Shown here piece by piece: positions 46,496 to 56,013 of a stretch of 64,000 bases of DNA. Numbering within the stretch: the stretch's first letter is position 1; each line of letters begins with the position of its first letter. The notes under the pieces are model-generated. The model saw nothing but the letters and a program-made list of their open reading frames with translations. It ran no database searches and was not told the DNA's origin. Location of the stretch: contig JADLFL010000002.1 of NCBI GenBank assembly GCA_020845575.1, positions 25,309 to 89,308 of the forward strand. Reading direction: 5' to 3'. Made by a program: the position numbers and the translations under genes. The DNA comes from Acidobacteriota bacterium. Lineage in GTDB: Bacteria; Acidobacteriota; Vicinamibacteria; Vicinamibacterales; Vicinamibacteraceae.

Positions 46496-47359
46496 ATGTC
46501 ATCGATCGACACTTCGACGCTCTCCCGCCGCACGTTCCTAGCGGCGACCCTCGCCACGCCGCTGACGGCAGCGCTCTCGGCCGCTGTCCGACCCACTGTC
46601 GGTCTCGAGCTGTTCTCGGTCCGTGGGGAGCTCGCCAAGGACCTGTTCGGTACGGTTCGCAAGGTGGCCGGGATCGGCTACGAAGCCGTCGAGTTCTTCT
46701 CGCCGTACTACCAATGGGACACGGCCTACGCCAAACAGGTGCGGCAACTGCTCGACGACGTGGGGCTGAAGGCGCCGTCGACGCACAACTCCGCCGACGT
46801 GTTCACGCCCGAGGGGCTGAAGAAGGCGGTCGAGTTGAACCAGGCCATCGGCTCGACGCTCGTCGTGATGGCGAGCGCGGGCCGTGGCGTCAGCACCATC
46901 GACGACTGGAAACGACTGTCCGATCGGCTCGCGCAGGCGTCGGAGACGCTGCGCCCGCTCGGCATGCGCGCGGGCTTCCACAATCACCAGAACGAGTTCA
47001 CGGCCGTCGAGGGCACGCGACCGATGGACGTGATCGCCAGCCGCACGCCGCGCGACTTCGTGCTGCAGCTCGATGTCGGCACGTGCGTCCACGCCGGGCA
47101 GGATCCCGTGGCGTGGATCAAGGCGCACCCCGGACGCATCGCGAGCATCCACTGCAAGGACTGGGCGCCTGGCGAAGGACCCGACAAGGGATACCACGTG
47201 CTTACGGGTGAAGGCACCGCCAACTGGCCAGCCATCCGCGCCGCCGCCGAATCGGTCGGAGGCGTCGAGACGTATCTCATCGAGCAGGAAGGCAGCCGCT
47301 ACACGCCGTTCGAGACGGTCGAGAAGTGTCTCGCCTCGTGGCGCGGCATGAAGGCCTGA
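46496..47359 (+). CDS. TAT-exported sugar phosphate isomerase/epimerase (AP_endonuc_2 TIM barrel)
   Basis: SRRTFLAA, FHNH, LDVG, HCKD, IEQE; SD GGAGG, ATG 46496. Confidence 0.88.
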   Translation: MSSIDTSTLSRRTFLAATLATPLTAALSAAVRPTVGLELFSVRGELAKDLFGTVRKVAGIGYEAVEFFSPYYQWDTAYAKQVRQLLDDVGLKAPSTHNSADVFTPEGLKKAVELNQAIGSTLVVMASAGRGVSTIDDWKRLSDRLAQASETLRPLGMRAGFHNHQNEFTAVEGTRPMDVIASRTPRDFVLQLDVGTCVHAGQDPVAWIKAHPGRIASIHCKDWAPGEGPDKGYHVLTGEGTANWPAIRAAAESVGGVETYLIEQEGSRYTPFETVEKCLASWRGMKA

Positions 47360-47368
47360 CCGCGCGCG

Positions 47369-49105
47369 TCAGGCGATCGCATCGATGCGCGCCTTCAGGC
47401 CCGCCAGCGCGTCGATCTGGCCGGTGAGGCCATCCCGGGCGGCAGTCAGCGACTGCTGCTCGGCCCGCACGAATCGGCTGTACGGGGCGATGCCTTCCTG
47501 CAGCCGGTCCGTGCTGCGCTGCAGTTCGCGCTCGAACTGCGCGCGCAGCGCCGTGGCGAGCGTCTCGCGCAGATCGTGGACCTTCTGGCGGAGTTCCTGC
47601 TTCGCCTTGCGGCGACGCGCCGGCACGATGAACAGGCCCACGGTCGCGATCACGCCCGCCAGCACGATGCCCGTGATGTCCGCCGCGGCCGTCGTCGCGG
47701 CGATGGTCACCAGCGTGCCGAGACCGAGCGCACCCGCTCCCGCCGCCGCGGCTGCCGCAACGGCGTTGCGCGCGCCTTCGGCCATCACCGCCGCCTCGCG
47801 CTGCCGATCGAACCCGTCCACCACCCGCTGCGCTTCCCTGCCGACGGACTCCAGCAGGCGCCCACGTTCGAGGTGGAATCCCGCCAGCTCCGGATCGCCG
47901 ACGATCCGATCGCGATACTGACGACGACGGTCGGCAAGGTGCGACGTGACCTGCTGCCACTGACGCAGGTCCGTGCTGACCATCCAGTCGATGAGATCCG
48001 ACACCTTCCGCTCGATCTCCGCGGGGGCGTCGGCCACCACTTCCCTGACGAAGCGCTCCTGCACCCGCGACTTGTCCAGCAGTTCCATCACCCGCGCGAA
48101 CCGCAGCACATCGTCGAACCACGCCTGCCCGCGCTGTTCCATCCGGAGCAGGACGTTGTCGATGTCGCCCATGCGCAGCGAGAACTGCTGCTGGACGTCG
48201 GCGCGGTGGATCGCGTGCTGTTGATCGACGTCGCTCAGCAGGCGCAGATCATCCTGCAGCAGCGCAAGGCGGCCGTCGGTGACGCCGAGGTAGCGCGATG
48301 CGAGCGCCGCGCCGACCCCGACGGGATTGGCGAGCTTCAGGCGCAGGCGTTCGCGCTGGTCCAGCCTGTCGTGCACGAAGCGTTCGAGCGCCTCGAAGCG
48401 GCTCGCGGTCCACACTTCGGGGTGGCCCTGCCTGGCGCGCATCGCGAGCTTCGCACTCACGGGGAACGTCTCGGGCGCGGTGCCGAGCGTCTCGCGGGCG
48501 TGATCGGCCACAAAGGCGGTCACTTTCGCGATGTCGGCCTCGGTCTCCAGCAGGTCGATCTTGTTGACGACGAGGACGACCTTCTTGCCCCATTCGCGGA
48601 TCGCGGTGAGGAACTGCCGTTCGCTCTCGGTGAACGGCCTGTCGGCCGACGTCACGAACAGCACGAGATCCGAGCGCGGCACGAACTCGGCCGTGATGGC
48701 TTCGTGTTCGCGGATGACGGCGTTGGTGCCCGGTGTGTCGACGAGCGTGATCTCGCGAAGGACGTCGACGGGCGCCGCGATCACATGGAGGTGGTCCGAT
48801 CGCACCACGCGGCTCGCCTCGTCACCGTAGCGCAGCAGGTGCACCTGCGCCGTCGTCGGCGTGACGCCTTCTTCGAGGACCGGTGTCCTGAGGAGTGCGT
48901 TGATGAACGCGCTCTTGCCGGCGTTGAACTCACCGACGATGACGACGAGGAACAGGTCGTCGAGCTGCTGGACGGACCGGCGCAGTGCGTCGAGCGCGTC
49001 AGGTGCCGCCTCGAGCCCCGTGAGCAGGTCGAGCAGCGCGGCGAGCGTGGCGCGCTCGTCGCTCAGGAGCTGCTGGTCCTCTGGACGGAGGAGGGCGGCG
49101 GGCAT
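47369..49105 (-). CDS. Bacterial dynamin-like GTPase
   Basis: GEFNAGKS (G1), GVTPTT (G2), DTPG (G3), NKID (G4), helical stalk, C-terminal hydrophobic hairpin. Confidence 0.9.
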   Translation of the reverse strand: MPAALLRPEDQQLLSDERATLAALLDLLTGLEAAPDALDALRRSVQQLDDLFLVVIVGEFNAGKSAFINALLRTPVLEEGVTPTTAQVHLLRYGDEASRVVRSDHLHVIAAPVDVLREITLVDTPGTNAVIREHEAITAEFVPRSDLVLFVTSADRPFTESERQFLTAIREWGKKVVLVVNKIDLLETEADIAKVTAFVADHARETLGTAPETFPVSAKLAMRARQGHPEVWTASRFEALERFVHDRLDQRERLRLKLANPVGVGAALASRYLGVTDGRLALLQDDLRLLSDVDQQHAIHRADVQQQFSLRMGDIDNVLLRMEQRGQAWFDDVLRFARVMELLDKSRVQERFVREVVADAPAEIERKVSDLIDWMVSTDLRQWQQVTSHLADRRRQYRDRIVGDPELAGFHLERGRLLESVGREAQRVVDGFDRQREAAVMAEGARNAVAAAAAAGAGALGLGTLVTIAATTAAADITGIVLAGVIATVGLFIVPARRRKAKQELRQKVHDLRETLATALRAQFERELQRSTDRLQEGIAPYSRFVRAEQQSLTAARDGLTGQIDALAGLKARIDAIA

Positions 49106-49111
49106 GCGCGG

Positions 49112-50200
49112 TCAGCGCGGCGAGACCACGTCGGCGTCGGCGCGCACGCCGCGTGCCTGCTGCGCGCTCGCCAGCAGTTCGAGGAGCGGTTCGGTCTGTT
49201 CGAACGACAGGCACGCATCGGTGATGCTCTGGCCGTATACGGCCGCGCAGCCCGGGACGTAGTTCTGGCGGCCTTCGACGAGGTGACTCTCGAGCATGAC
49301 GCCGAAGATCGGCCACGACCCGTCGGCGACCTGCGCGGCGACGTCGTGCGCAACGTCCACCTGCAGGCGATGGTCCTTCCGGCTGTTGCCGTGCGAACAG
49401 TCGATCATCACGCGTTCGGGCAGTTCGTTGGCCCTGAGGCGGTCGCACAGCTCGCGCACCGCTGCCGCGTCGTAGTTCGGCCCCGTGCGCGTGCCGCCGC
49501 GGAGGATGACGTGGCCCGTGTCGTTGCCGGTGGTCTGGAAGATCGCCGACACGCCCTGCTTGGTGACCGACGGGAACAGGTGCGGCGAGCGCGCCGAGAG
49601 CACGGCGTCGACAGCCACCTGGGCGCTGCCGTCGGTGCCGTTCTTGAATCCCACGGGCATCGAGAGGCCCGACGCGAGCTCGCGGTGGACCTGACTCTCG
49701 GTGGTGCGCGCGCCAATCGCGACCCATGAGGTGAGGTCGGCGATGTGCTGCGGCAGCTGCGTGTCGAGGAACTCGCACGCCGTCGGCAGGCCGAGCTCGT
49801 TCACGTCGAGCAGGAGGCGGCGCGCGAGGCGAATCCCCTTGTTGATGTGGAAGCTCTCGTCGAGGTCGGGATCGTTGACGAGCCCCTTCCAGCCGACAGA
49901 CGTCCGCGGCTTCTCGAAGTAGCAGCGCATCACCGTGATGAGCTGGTCCTTGTAGCGTTCGGCGACGGGCAGGAGCCGCTTCGCGTAGTCGAGGGCGGCG
50001 CGGGTGTCGTGGATCGAGCAGGGACCGACAATCACCACGAGGCGTCCGTCGCGGCCGGCCAGCACGTCGGAGATGGCCGCCCGCGTGTTGGCAACCACGT
50101 TCGAGGCGGCCTCCGAGATCGGGAGCTCTTCGAGCAGGATGGCGGGCGGCAGCAACGGGCGGGTCTGGGCGATACGGAGGTCGTCGGTCCTGCGGAACAT
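49112..50200 (-). CDS. 3-deoxy-7-phosphoheptulonate (DAHP) synthase, class I (AroF/G/H type)
   Basis: GPCSIHD, YFEKPRT, IGARTTESQ, GFKNGTDG, IDCSHGNS, SITDACL. Confidence 0.95.
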   Translation of the reverse strand: MFRRTDDLRIAQTRPLLPPAILLEELPISEAASNVVANTRAAISDVLAGRDGRLVVIVGPCSIHDTRAALDYAKRLLPVAERYKDQLITVMRCYFEKPRTSVGWKGLVNDPDLDESFHINKGIRLARRLLLDVNELGLPTACEFLDTQLPQHIADLTSWVAIGARTTESQVHRELASGLSMPVGFKNGTDGSAQVAVDAVLSARSPHLFPSVTKQGVSAIFQTTGNDTGHVILRGGTRTGPNYDAAAVRELCDRLRANELPERVMIDCSHGNSRKDHRLQVDVAHDVAAQVADGSWPIFGVMLESHLVEGRQNYVPGCAAVYGQSITDACLSFEQTEPLLELLASAQQARGVRADADVVSPR

Positions 50201-50242
50201 GTCACCCGCCAGATTACCGTACCCGCCGCCAAAACGCCGAGA

Positions 50243-51760
50243 TCACCACGCCGAATCGAGCGCCAGGAGCCTTGTGGCGCCGCTGGCGGGACGACGACCG
50301 CCGAGCCATTCCACGCGGGTGAACGGGCGCGTCGGATAGACCCTGTCGGTCATGACGGTTTCGCCTTCGTTGGCGAAGACCTCGATGACCGAGACGTCGA
50401 AGATCACGCGAATCGGGATCTGGGCCGACGGCCGCAGGGGTGCCGTGTGACGCTCGGCGTAGCCCTTCGACGACTCGCCGAGGCGGGACCGCTCCCTGTC
50501 GATCGAGAGCGTCCTGTGGTCCGCGCTCACCGCGACGATCGCCTCTTCGCCGTTGTCGTTACTGAAGCGGAGTCCGACGTCCTCCGTATCTCCGGCCGTG
50601 ACGACGAACGTGATGTCGGCGCTGGGGGGCAACGGGAGCGGGGTGCTGCGCAACTCCTGATGCTTCCGCGCGTCACCGGCCACCAGGGTGCCGAGACCGC
50701 CGGCCGGTTGCTGGAGGAGGCGCCAGCCGTCAGGCGTACGGCGCACCCGCAGGCGCCGCGGGATCGACTGCGCGCCCCGCCACGTCATCGTCGGTTCATC
50801 GTTGGCGTACTGCCAGTTGCTGATCCATCCCATCCAGATGGGGCCGCGGTCCTGCGACGGCAGATCCGAGAACGAGATCGACGCGTAGAAGTCCTTGCCG
50901 TGATCGGCCCAGAGCGCCTCCGCTGACGCCGGCGTGTCGCTCACGAAGCGTGTGCCGTCGAAGTCGCCCACGAAATACTGTCCACCCGAACCGCCCTGCG
51001 GACCGCCGGGGTTGACGTCCACGTCGAGCACCCAGCGCGACTGCGTGGGATCGTGCTCGACAGGCACCTGCATGAGGTCCGGACACTCCCACACGCCGCC
51101 AGTCGCACCGGCGGGCCCGAAGTCGCTCAGGAACGTCCACGCCTTCAGGTCGCGCGACGCGTAGAACCGAACCTTGTGCTCATCGGGGAGCGCCACCACC
51201 ATCACCCAGCGCGCCGTCGGGGCGTGCCAGAACACCTTCGGATCGCGGAACTCCCGCAGGCCGATGTCGATGACGGGGTTGCCCGCGTACTTCTGCCATG
51301 TGCGCCCGCGATCCTGGCTGACGGCGAGGTTCTGCGTCTGCGTGTCGCGGCTGTGCCCCGTGTAGATGGCCACGAGGCATGAGGGGTCGCCGCCGGACAC
51401 GCGGCACAGGCCGCTCGTGTTGCGGTGGTCGACCACCGCGCTACCCGAGAAGATCATGATGCCGTTCTCTTCGCCCAGCGCCAGCGGCAGGTGCTGCCAG
51501 TGCAGCAGGTCGCGACTCACGGCGTGTCCCCACGACATGTGTCCCCATGTGGGGCCTTGCGGGTTGTGCTGGTAGAAGAGGTGGTATTCGCCCTTGTAGT
51601 ACACGAGCCCGTTCGGGTCGTTCATGAAGTGGCGCGCGGGCGTGAAATGGATGCGCGGCCGGAGCGGCTCCGTGTAGGGCCGCGGCTGCGGTTGAGCCGC
51701 AACGACGCTCACGCCTACGGTGGCGATCACGGCGAAGCGACCCACGAGAGGGGCGTACAT
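50243..51760 (-). CDS. Secreted GH32 levanase/beta-fructosidase
   Basis: FMNDPNG, WGHAVS, FRDP, WECPD; signal peptide; start about ATG 51760. Confidence 0.93.
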   Translation of the reverse strand: MYAPLVGRFAVIATVGVSVVAAQPQPRPYTEPLRPRIHFTPARHFMNDPNGLVYYKGEYHLFYQHNPQGPTWGHMSWGHAVSRDLLHWQHLPLALGEENGIMIFSGSAVVDHRNTSGLCRVSGGDPSCLVAIYTGHSRDTQTQNLAVSQDRGRTWQKYAGNPVIDIGLREFRDPKVFWHAPTARWVMVVALPDEHKVRFYASRDLKAWTFLSDFGPAGATGGVWECPDLMQVPVEHDPTQSRWVLDVDVNPGGPQGGSGGQYFVGDFDGTRFVSDTPASAEALWADHGKDFYASISFSDLPSQDRGPIWMGWISNWQYANDEPTMTWRGAQSIPRRLRVRRTPDGWRLLQQPAGGLGTLVAGDARKHQELRSTPLPLPPSADITFVVTAGDTEDVGLRFSNDNGEEAIVAVSADHRTLSIDRERSRLGESSKGYAERHTAPLRPSAQIPIRVIFDVSVIEVFANEGETVMTDRVYPTRPFTRVEWLGGRRPASGATRLLALDSAW

Positions 51761-51853
51761 GCGCATCGGTGCGCACAGCGTACAACGGCTGTGATGCGGC
51801 CATGCACGTGCTCGACCGATGGCGCGGTGATGCGGTACGGTGCCTGTATCGCC

Positions 51854-52681
51854 ATGCCAGTCATCACCACCACCGCCACGCCAACCACCACCATCCACTA
51901 CGAGGAGCGCGGCGAGGGCGCGCCGATCGTGCTCATTCACGGATGGCCGCTGAGTCATCGCATGTGGGAAGGGCAGGTGAATGCGCTCGCGGCAGCGGGC
52001 CATCGGTGCATCGCCTACGACAGGCGCGGGTTCGGGGAGTCGGGCCGTCCAGCTGGCGGGTTCGACTACGACACGTTCGCGTCGGACCTGAACGACCTCA
52101 TCACCGCGCTCGACCTGCGCGACGTGACGCTTGCGGGGTTCTCGATGGGCGGCGGCGAGGTGGCGCGCTACATCGGGCGCTACGGGACGTCGCGCGTCAG
52201 GGGCGCGATCCTCATCGGCGCCGTGACGCCGTTCATGCTGAAGACCGACGACAACCCCGAGGGCGTCGACGGCGGCGTGTTCGATGGAATGAAGGCCGGC
52301 GTCACGTCGGATCGCATCGCGTTCCTCGAGTCGTTCATGAAGCCGTTCTTCAACTGGACGCCTGGCTCCGGAACGCCGAGTGACGATGTGGTCGCGTACA
52401 GCAAGTCGATCGCATGGGTCGCGTCGCCGGTGGGCACGCAGGACTGCATCGACGCGTTCGGTCGCACGGACTTCCGTCGGGACCTCGCGGCCGTCGACGT
52501 CCCGACGCTCGTGATCCACGGCGACGCGGACCAGATCGTGCCGCTCGAGGTGTCCGGTGCGCGCGCCGCGGCGATGATCCGCGGCGCGAAGCTGGAAGTG
52601 GTGAAGGGCGCGCCGCACGGGCTGAACGCCACGCACGGCGCCGAGCTCAACGCCCTGATGCTCGGGTTCCTCGAGCGGTGA
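51854..52681 (+). CDS. Alpha/beta hydrolase, non-heme chloroperoxidase/arylesterase type
   Basis: HGWPL, YDRRGFG, GFSMGG, HGDAD, PHG; ATG 51854. Confidence 0.92.
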   Translation: MPVITTTATPTTTIHYEERGEGAPIVLIHGWPLSHRMWEGQVNALAAAGHRCIAYDRRGFGESGRPAGGFDYDTFASDLNDLITALDLRDVTLAGFSMGGGEVARYIGRYGTSRVRGAILIGAVTPFMLKTDDNPEGVDGGVFDGMKAGVTSDRIAFLESFMKPFFNWTPGSGTPSDDVVAYSKSIAWVASPVGTQDCIDAFGRTDFRRDLAAVDVPTLVIHGDADQIVPLEVSGARAAAMIRGAKLEVVKGAPHGLNATHGAELNALMLGFLER

Positions 52682-52708
52682 GCCAGGGGTTGGAACCCCT
52701 GGCCTCCA
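52682..52708 (-). repeat. REP-like palindrome, TGGAGGCCAGGGG family, copy 3
   Basis: GCCAGGGGTTGGAACCCCTGGCCTCCA between convergent stop codons. Confidence 0.7.
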
Positions 52709-52717
52709 ACGGAACCT

Positions 52718-54550
52718 CTACTTGAGCGATGGCAACAGGGCGGCGAGCGCCCTCATGCGGGTGGCGTCGGCACCAGACAGCGTGGCGGCGCGCTCGTTGA
52801 TGCGATCGGCGACCATCGACAACTGGCTCGCCTCGCCGCTCGTCACGAGGCCGCGCAGCATCTCCACGCGGTCGGACGGCACGGCACCCGATCGCACCAG
52901 CTGATCGACGTACGCCAGCGCAACGGCGCGGTCGGCCGGCCACGTCGCCTTGTCCTGGTGCTGCACGTTCCAGCTCTTCGCGTGCACCTTCCCCGCGGCG
53001 TCGAGCTCGTTGCTCGTGAGGACGTCACTCGCCGTCAGCTTGAACACGTCGAGACCGCGCGACATCTCCGACCCGTACACGTACCCGTTGTACCAGTACG
53101 CCGACCAGTAGCCACCCGTGATGAGCCGCTTGGCGTCGAGCGGTCCGCGATCGAAGAACGCGATCTCCTTCGGGTTGGCCGAGTCCGTGAAGTCCATCAC
53201 CGACACGCCGCCCTGATACCAGGCCTGCACCATCAGGTCGCGTCCGGGCACGGGCACGAGCGACCCGTTGTGCGCCACGCAGTTCTCCGTGGCAGTCTGC
53301 GGCGCGGGCAGCTTGTAGTAGCTGCGGAACACGAGCTTGCGATCGACGATGTCGAAGATCGCGTTGGCGCCCCACGTGGGCTGATCGGTGGCCAGGCAGC
53401 GCGGACGCATGCCGCCACCCCACTCGTCGGTGAACACGACCTTCGTGCCGTCGTTGTTGAACGTCGCCGAATGCCAGTACGCGAAGTTCTTGTCGGCCAC
53501 GGCGTCGAGGCGCTTCGGGTTCGCCGGATCGCTGATGTCGAGCAGGATGCCGTTGCCCGAGCAGGCACCGGCCGCCAGGCCGACAGCCGGGTACACGGTG
53601 ATGTCGTGGCACTGGTTGGTCACCGCGGTCTTCTGCGTGCCGGGACCGTGATCGCCGCCGGCCCACAGGCCGGCGATGTTGCCCTTCTCGTCGGCGAAGA
53701 TGCGCGGCCGCGCCACGATGCGCGCGTCCTGCGGGCTGGCGAGCGGCACCTTGATCACGTCGATGCTGAAGAGCGCCGTCTCGGGATCCTCGCCGGGCTC
53801 CTTGCCCGAGCACCCGGCGAGTTCCTCGGCCGAGCGCGTGCCGGCGGTGCCGGATCCGTACACGTAGACGTTGGCCGAATCATTCGGATCGGTGACCAGC
53901 GTGTGCGTGTGGGAGCCTCGGCATGTCTGCACGGCCGCCACCTGCTTGGGCGTCTTCACGTCGCTGATGTCGAAGATGCGCACGCCGCGGAAGCGATCCT
54001 TGCTGACCGGATCCTCCACGCCGCCCACGCCGCAGTCGAGCCGCCCGCGCGTCTGCTCCACGGACATGAACAGCAGCGACCCGTGTACCGACACGTCGCC
54101 CTGACCGCCCGGGCACACGACGGAGGTCACGAGCGCCGGGCTCGCCGGGTTGCTGATGTCGTAGACGTTGAAGCCGCTGAAGTTCCCGACGAACAGGTGA
54201 TTCCCGCTGAAGGCCAGATCGGAGTTGGCGAAGTTCAGCCCACCCCACGGGCGCGGCGGCGTCTTCGGCTTCGCGGCAGGCTTCTTCGCCTTGGCGTTCG
54301 CCGGGGGCCCATCCTCGTCCGGCATCCGCGGATTCGGCTCGCCGGCGGGCGCCTTGGGATCGAAAAACCCCTGGGGCTTGGGTACGTTGGCCAGCAGCTC
54401 GATTCCGCGAGCGGCGACGCCGGCGTCCTTCAGACCGGCCTTCAACCCGACGCGCGGATCGGTGGATGACGAGGACGTCTGCGCGGCGGCAGGCGCAACA
54501 ATCGTGGCCGTGAGGGTCGCCACGGCCAGTACACGAACGACACGATTCAT
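52718..54550 (-). CDS. Secreted LVIVD-repeat protein
   Basis: Repeated units such as FNVYDISNPASPALV, VRIFDISD, ILLDISDPANP; NCVAHN; signal peptide; ATG 54550. Confidence 0.85.
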   Translation of the reverse strand: MNRVVRVLAVATLTATIVAPAAAQTSSSSTDPRVGLKAGLKDAGVAARGIELLANVPKPQGFFDPKAPAGEPNPRMPDEDGPPANAKAKKPAAKPKTPPRPWGGLNFANSDLAFSGNHLFVGNFSGFNVYDISNPASPALVTSVVCPGGQGDVSVHGSLLFMSVEQTRGRLDCGVGGVEDPVSKDRFRGVRIFDISDVKTPKQVAAVQTCRGSHTHTLVTDPNDSANVYVYGSGTAGTRSAEELAGCSGKEPGEDPETALFSIDVIKVPLASPQDARIVARPRIFADEKGNIAGLWAGGDHGPGTQKTAVTNQCHDITVYPAVGLAAGACSGNGILLDISDPANPKRLDAVADKNFAYWHSATFNNDGTKVVFTDEWGGGMRPRCLATDQPTWGANAIFDIVDRKLVFRSYYKLPAPQTATENCVAHNGSLVPVPGRDLMVQAWYQGGVSVMDFTDSANPKEIAFFDRGPLDAKRLITGGYWSAYWYNGYVYGSEMSRGLDVFKLTASDVLTSNELDAAGKVHAKSWNVQHQDKATWPADRAVALAYVDQLVRSGAVPSDRVEMLRGLVTSGEASQLSMVADRINERAATLSGADATRMRALAALLPSLK

Positions 54551-55185
54551 CTTCCCTGCTCCTTCAGCATCGCGCGCATGCGCGCGATTTCCATCGACTG
54601 ATCCGCCTCCACGTCGGAGACGAAGTCGAACATCTCGGGTTCCTGTCCGCCGCCTGGTGCCGCCAACAGCTCCCGCACCATCGTCAAGGCGCCTTCGTGG
54701 TGCTGGATCATGCCTTCGAGGAACAGGCGATCGAAGGCCGGGCCTTTCGCAGCGGCGAGGCGCGCCATCTGCGCGGGCGTGAGCATCCCGGGCATCTGTC
54801 CGTGCGCCATGTGGTGCGCGTGCGGATCGGGCAGCGGCTCTCCGCGATGCTCCAGCCACTCACGCATCATCTGCATCTCGTCGCGCTGCGACACGTCGAT
54901 CCGCAGCGCCATCCGCTTCAGATCGTCGTTCATGGTGCGCGTCTGGACGAGCGCCACCATCTCGAGCGCCTGCGCATGGTGGCCGATCATGCCCTGCATG
55001 AACGCCGTGTCGGCAGGACGATGCCGCACGCCGTGCGTGTCGGTCGCCTCGTCCGCGCTGATCTCGCGCGTGGGCTGTCCCGGCGCGCCCGGTTGGACGA
55101 TACGAGGCGCCTGCGCGCCGACAACGACAGGAGCGACGAAAAGGGCTGCCAGCAAGGCCAGGGCCGATACGGCTGTGCTTGACAC
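54547..55185 (-). CDS. DUF305 domain protein (ferritin-like)
   Basis: FMQGMIGHHAQALEM, Q.DE...M, MPGMLT, FLEGMIQHHEGAL; 4-nt overlap with the LVIVD gene. Confidence 0.88.
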   Translation of the reverse strand: MSSTAVSALALLAALFVAPVVVGAQAPRIVQPGAPGQPTREISADEATDTHGVRHRPADTAFMQGMIGHHAQALEMVALVQTRTMNDDLKRMALRIDVSQRDEMQMMREWLEHRGEPLPDPHAHHMAHGQMPGMLTPAQMARLAAAKGPAFDRLFLEGMIQHHEGALTMVRELLAAPGGGQEPEMFDFVSDVEADQSMEIARMRAMLKEQGR

Positions 55186-55293
55186 GTATTGATGGTGTCA
55201 CGAAACATGGGTCGGCTCCCACTCGTCTGATACGCGCTCGTGCGCGCGCAGGACCACTTGTGGAAGTTCCTTTTCGGCCGGAGAGAGACCCTC

Positions 55294-55869
55294 ATGTTCA
55301 AGCACGTACTCGCGGCGGCAACCGTCGCTGTGTTGATTCAGGCAGCACCCGCCGTGGCGGCACCGATCCAGTGGAAGACCGTCGACGGCGGGAACGACCA
55401 CTGGTACGAGGTGGTCGCAGCCGAAGGCATCACCTGGACTGCGGCACAGGTCGCGGCAACCGCCGCCGGGGGATACCTGGCGACGATCGGCAGCGCAGAA
55501 GAGGACGCGTTCGTCCAGTTGCTGCTCCCGACGAACGTCGCCTTGCGATCGCACTACTGGATTGGCGCAGAGAATGTCGGGACCGGCCCCTTCACCTGGG
55601 TGGACGGGACTCCGTTTTCGTACACGAACTTCTGGGGTGGAGAGCCCAACAACGCCGCGTACGGCGACGATGAAGAGGACTACCTGGCGTATGACCTGCG
55701 CGATGGGTACGGGTGGAACGACGCGCCGAACGAGTTGCACCGCTACTATCAGTTCGCTCGCGGCTATGTCCTCGAGAAGAACGCCGCCACCAGCGTGCCC
55801 GAGCCGGCCAGCCTGACTCTCCTGGCCCTCGGTGCCCTCGCCATGGGCGTGGCCCGGCGTCGACGGTAA
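55294..55869 (+). CDS. C-type lectin domain protein with a PEP-CTERM sorting signal
   Basis: ITWTAAQ, GGYLATI, YWIG, FTWVDG, YTNFWGGEPNN, WND; ends VPEPASLTLLALGALAMGVARRRR; ATG 55294. Confidence 0.92.
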   Translation: MFKHVLAAATVAVLIQAAPAVAAPIQWKTVDGGNDHWYEVVAAEGITWTAAQVAATAAGGYLATIGSAEEDAFVQLLLPTNVALRSHYWIGAENVGTGPFTWVDGTPFSYTNFWGGEPNNAAYGDDEEDYLAYDLRDGYGWNDAPNELHRYYQFARGYVLEKNAATSVPEPASLTLLALGALAMGVARRRR

Positions 55870-55897
55870 GACACGCGCCTGCGACTGCAGAGCCACG

Positions 55898-55934
55898 CGG
55901 CCCGGGTCCCTCGCGGACTCGGGCCGTTGTCGTT
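55898..55934 (+). terminator. Probable intrinsic terminator
   Basis: CGGCCCGGGTCC-CTCGC-GGACTCGGGCCG stem followed by TTGTCGTT. Confidence 0.55.
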
Positions 55935-56013
55935 GGCGGGCATCTGCCTTCGCGGACGTCGTCGCGCCGCCATGCGCTACAGCCGAGGTCACAAGGGCTA
56001 TACTCGCCCTGCC

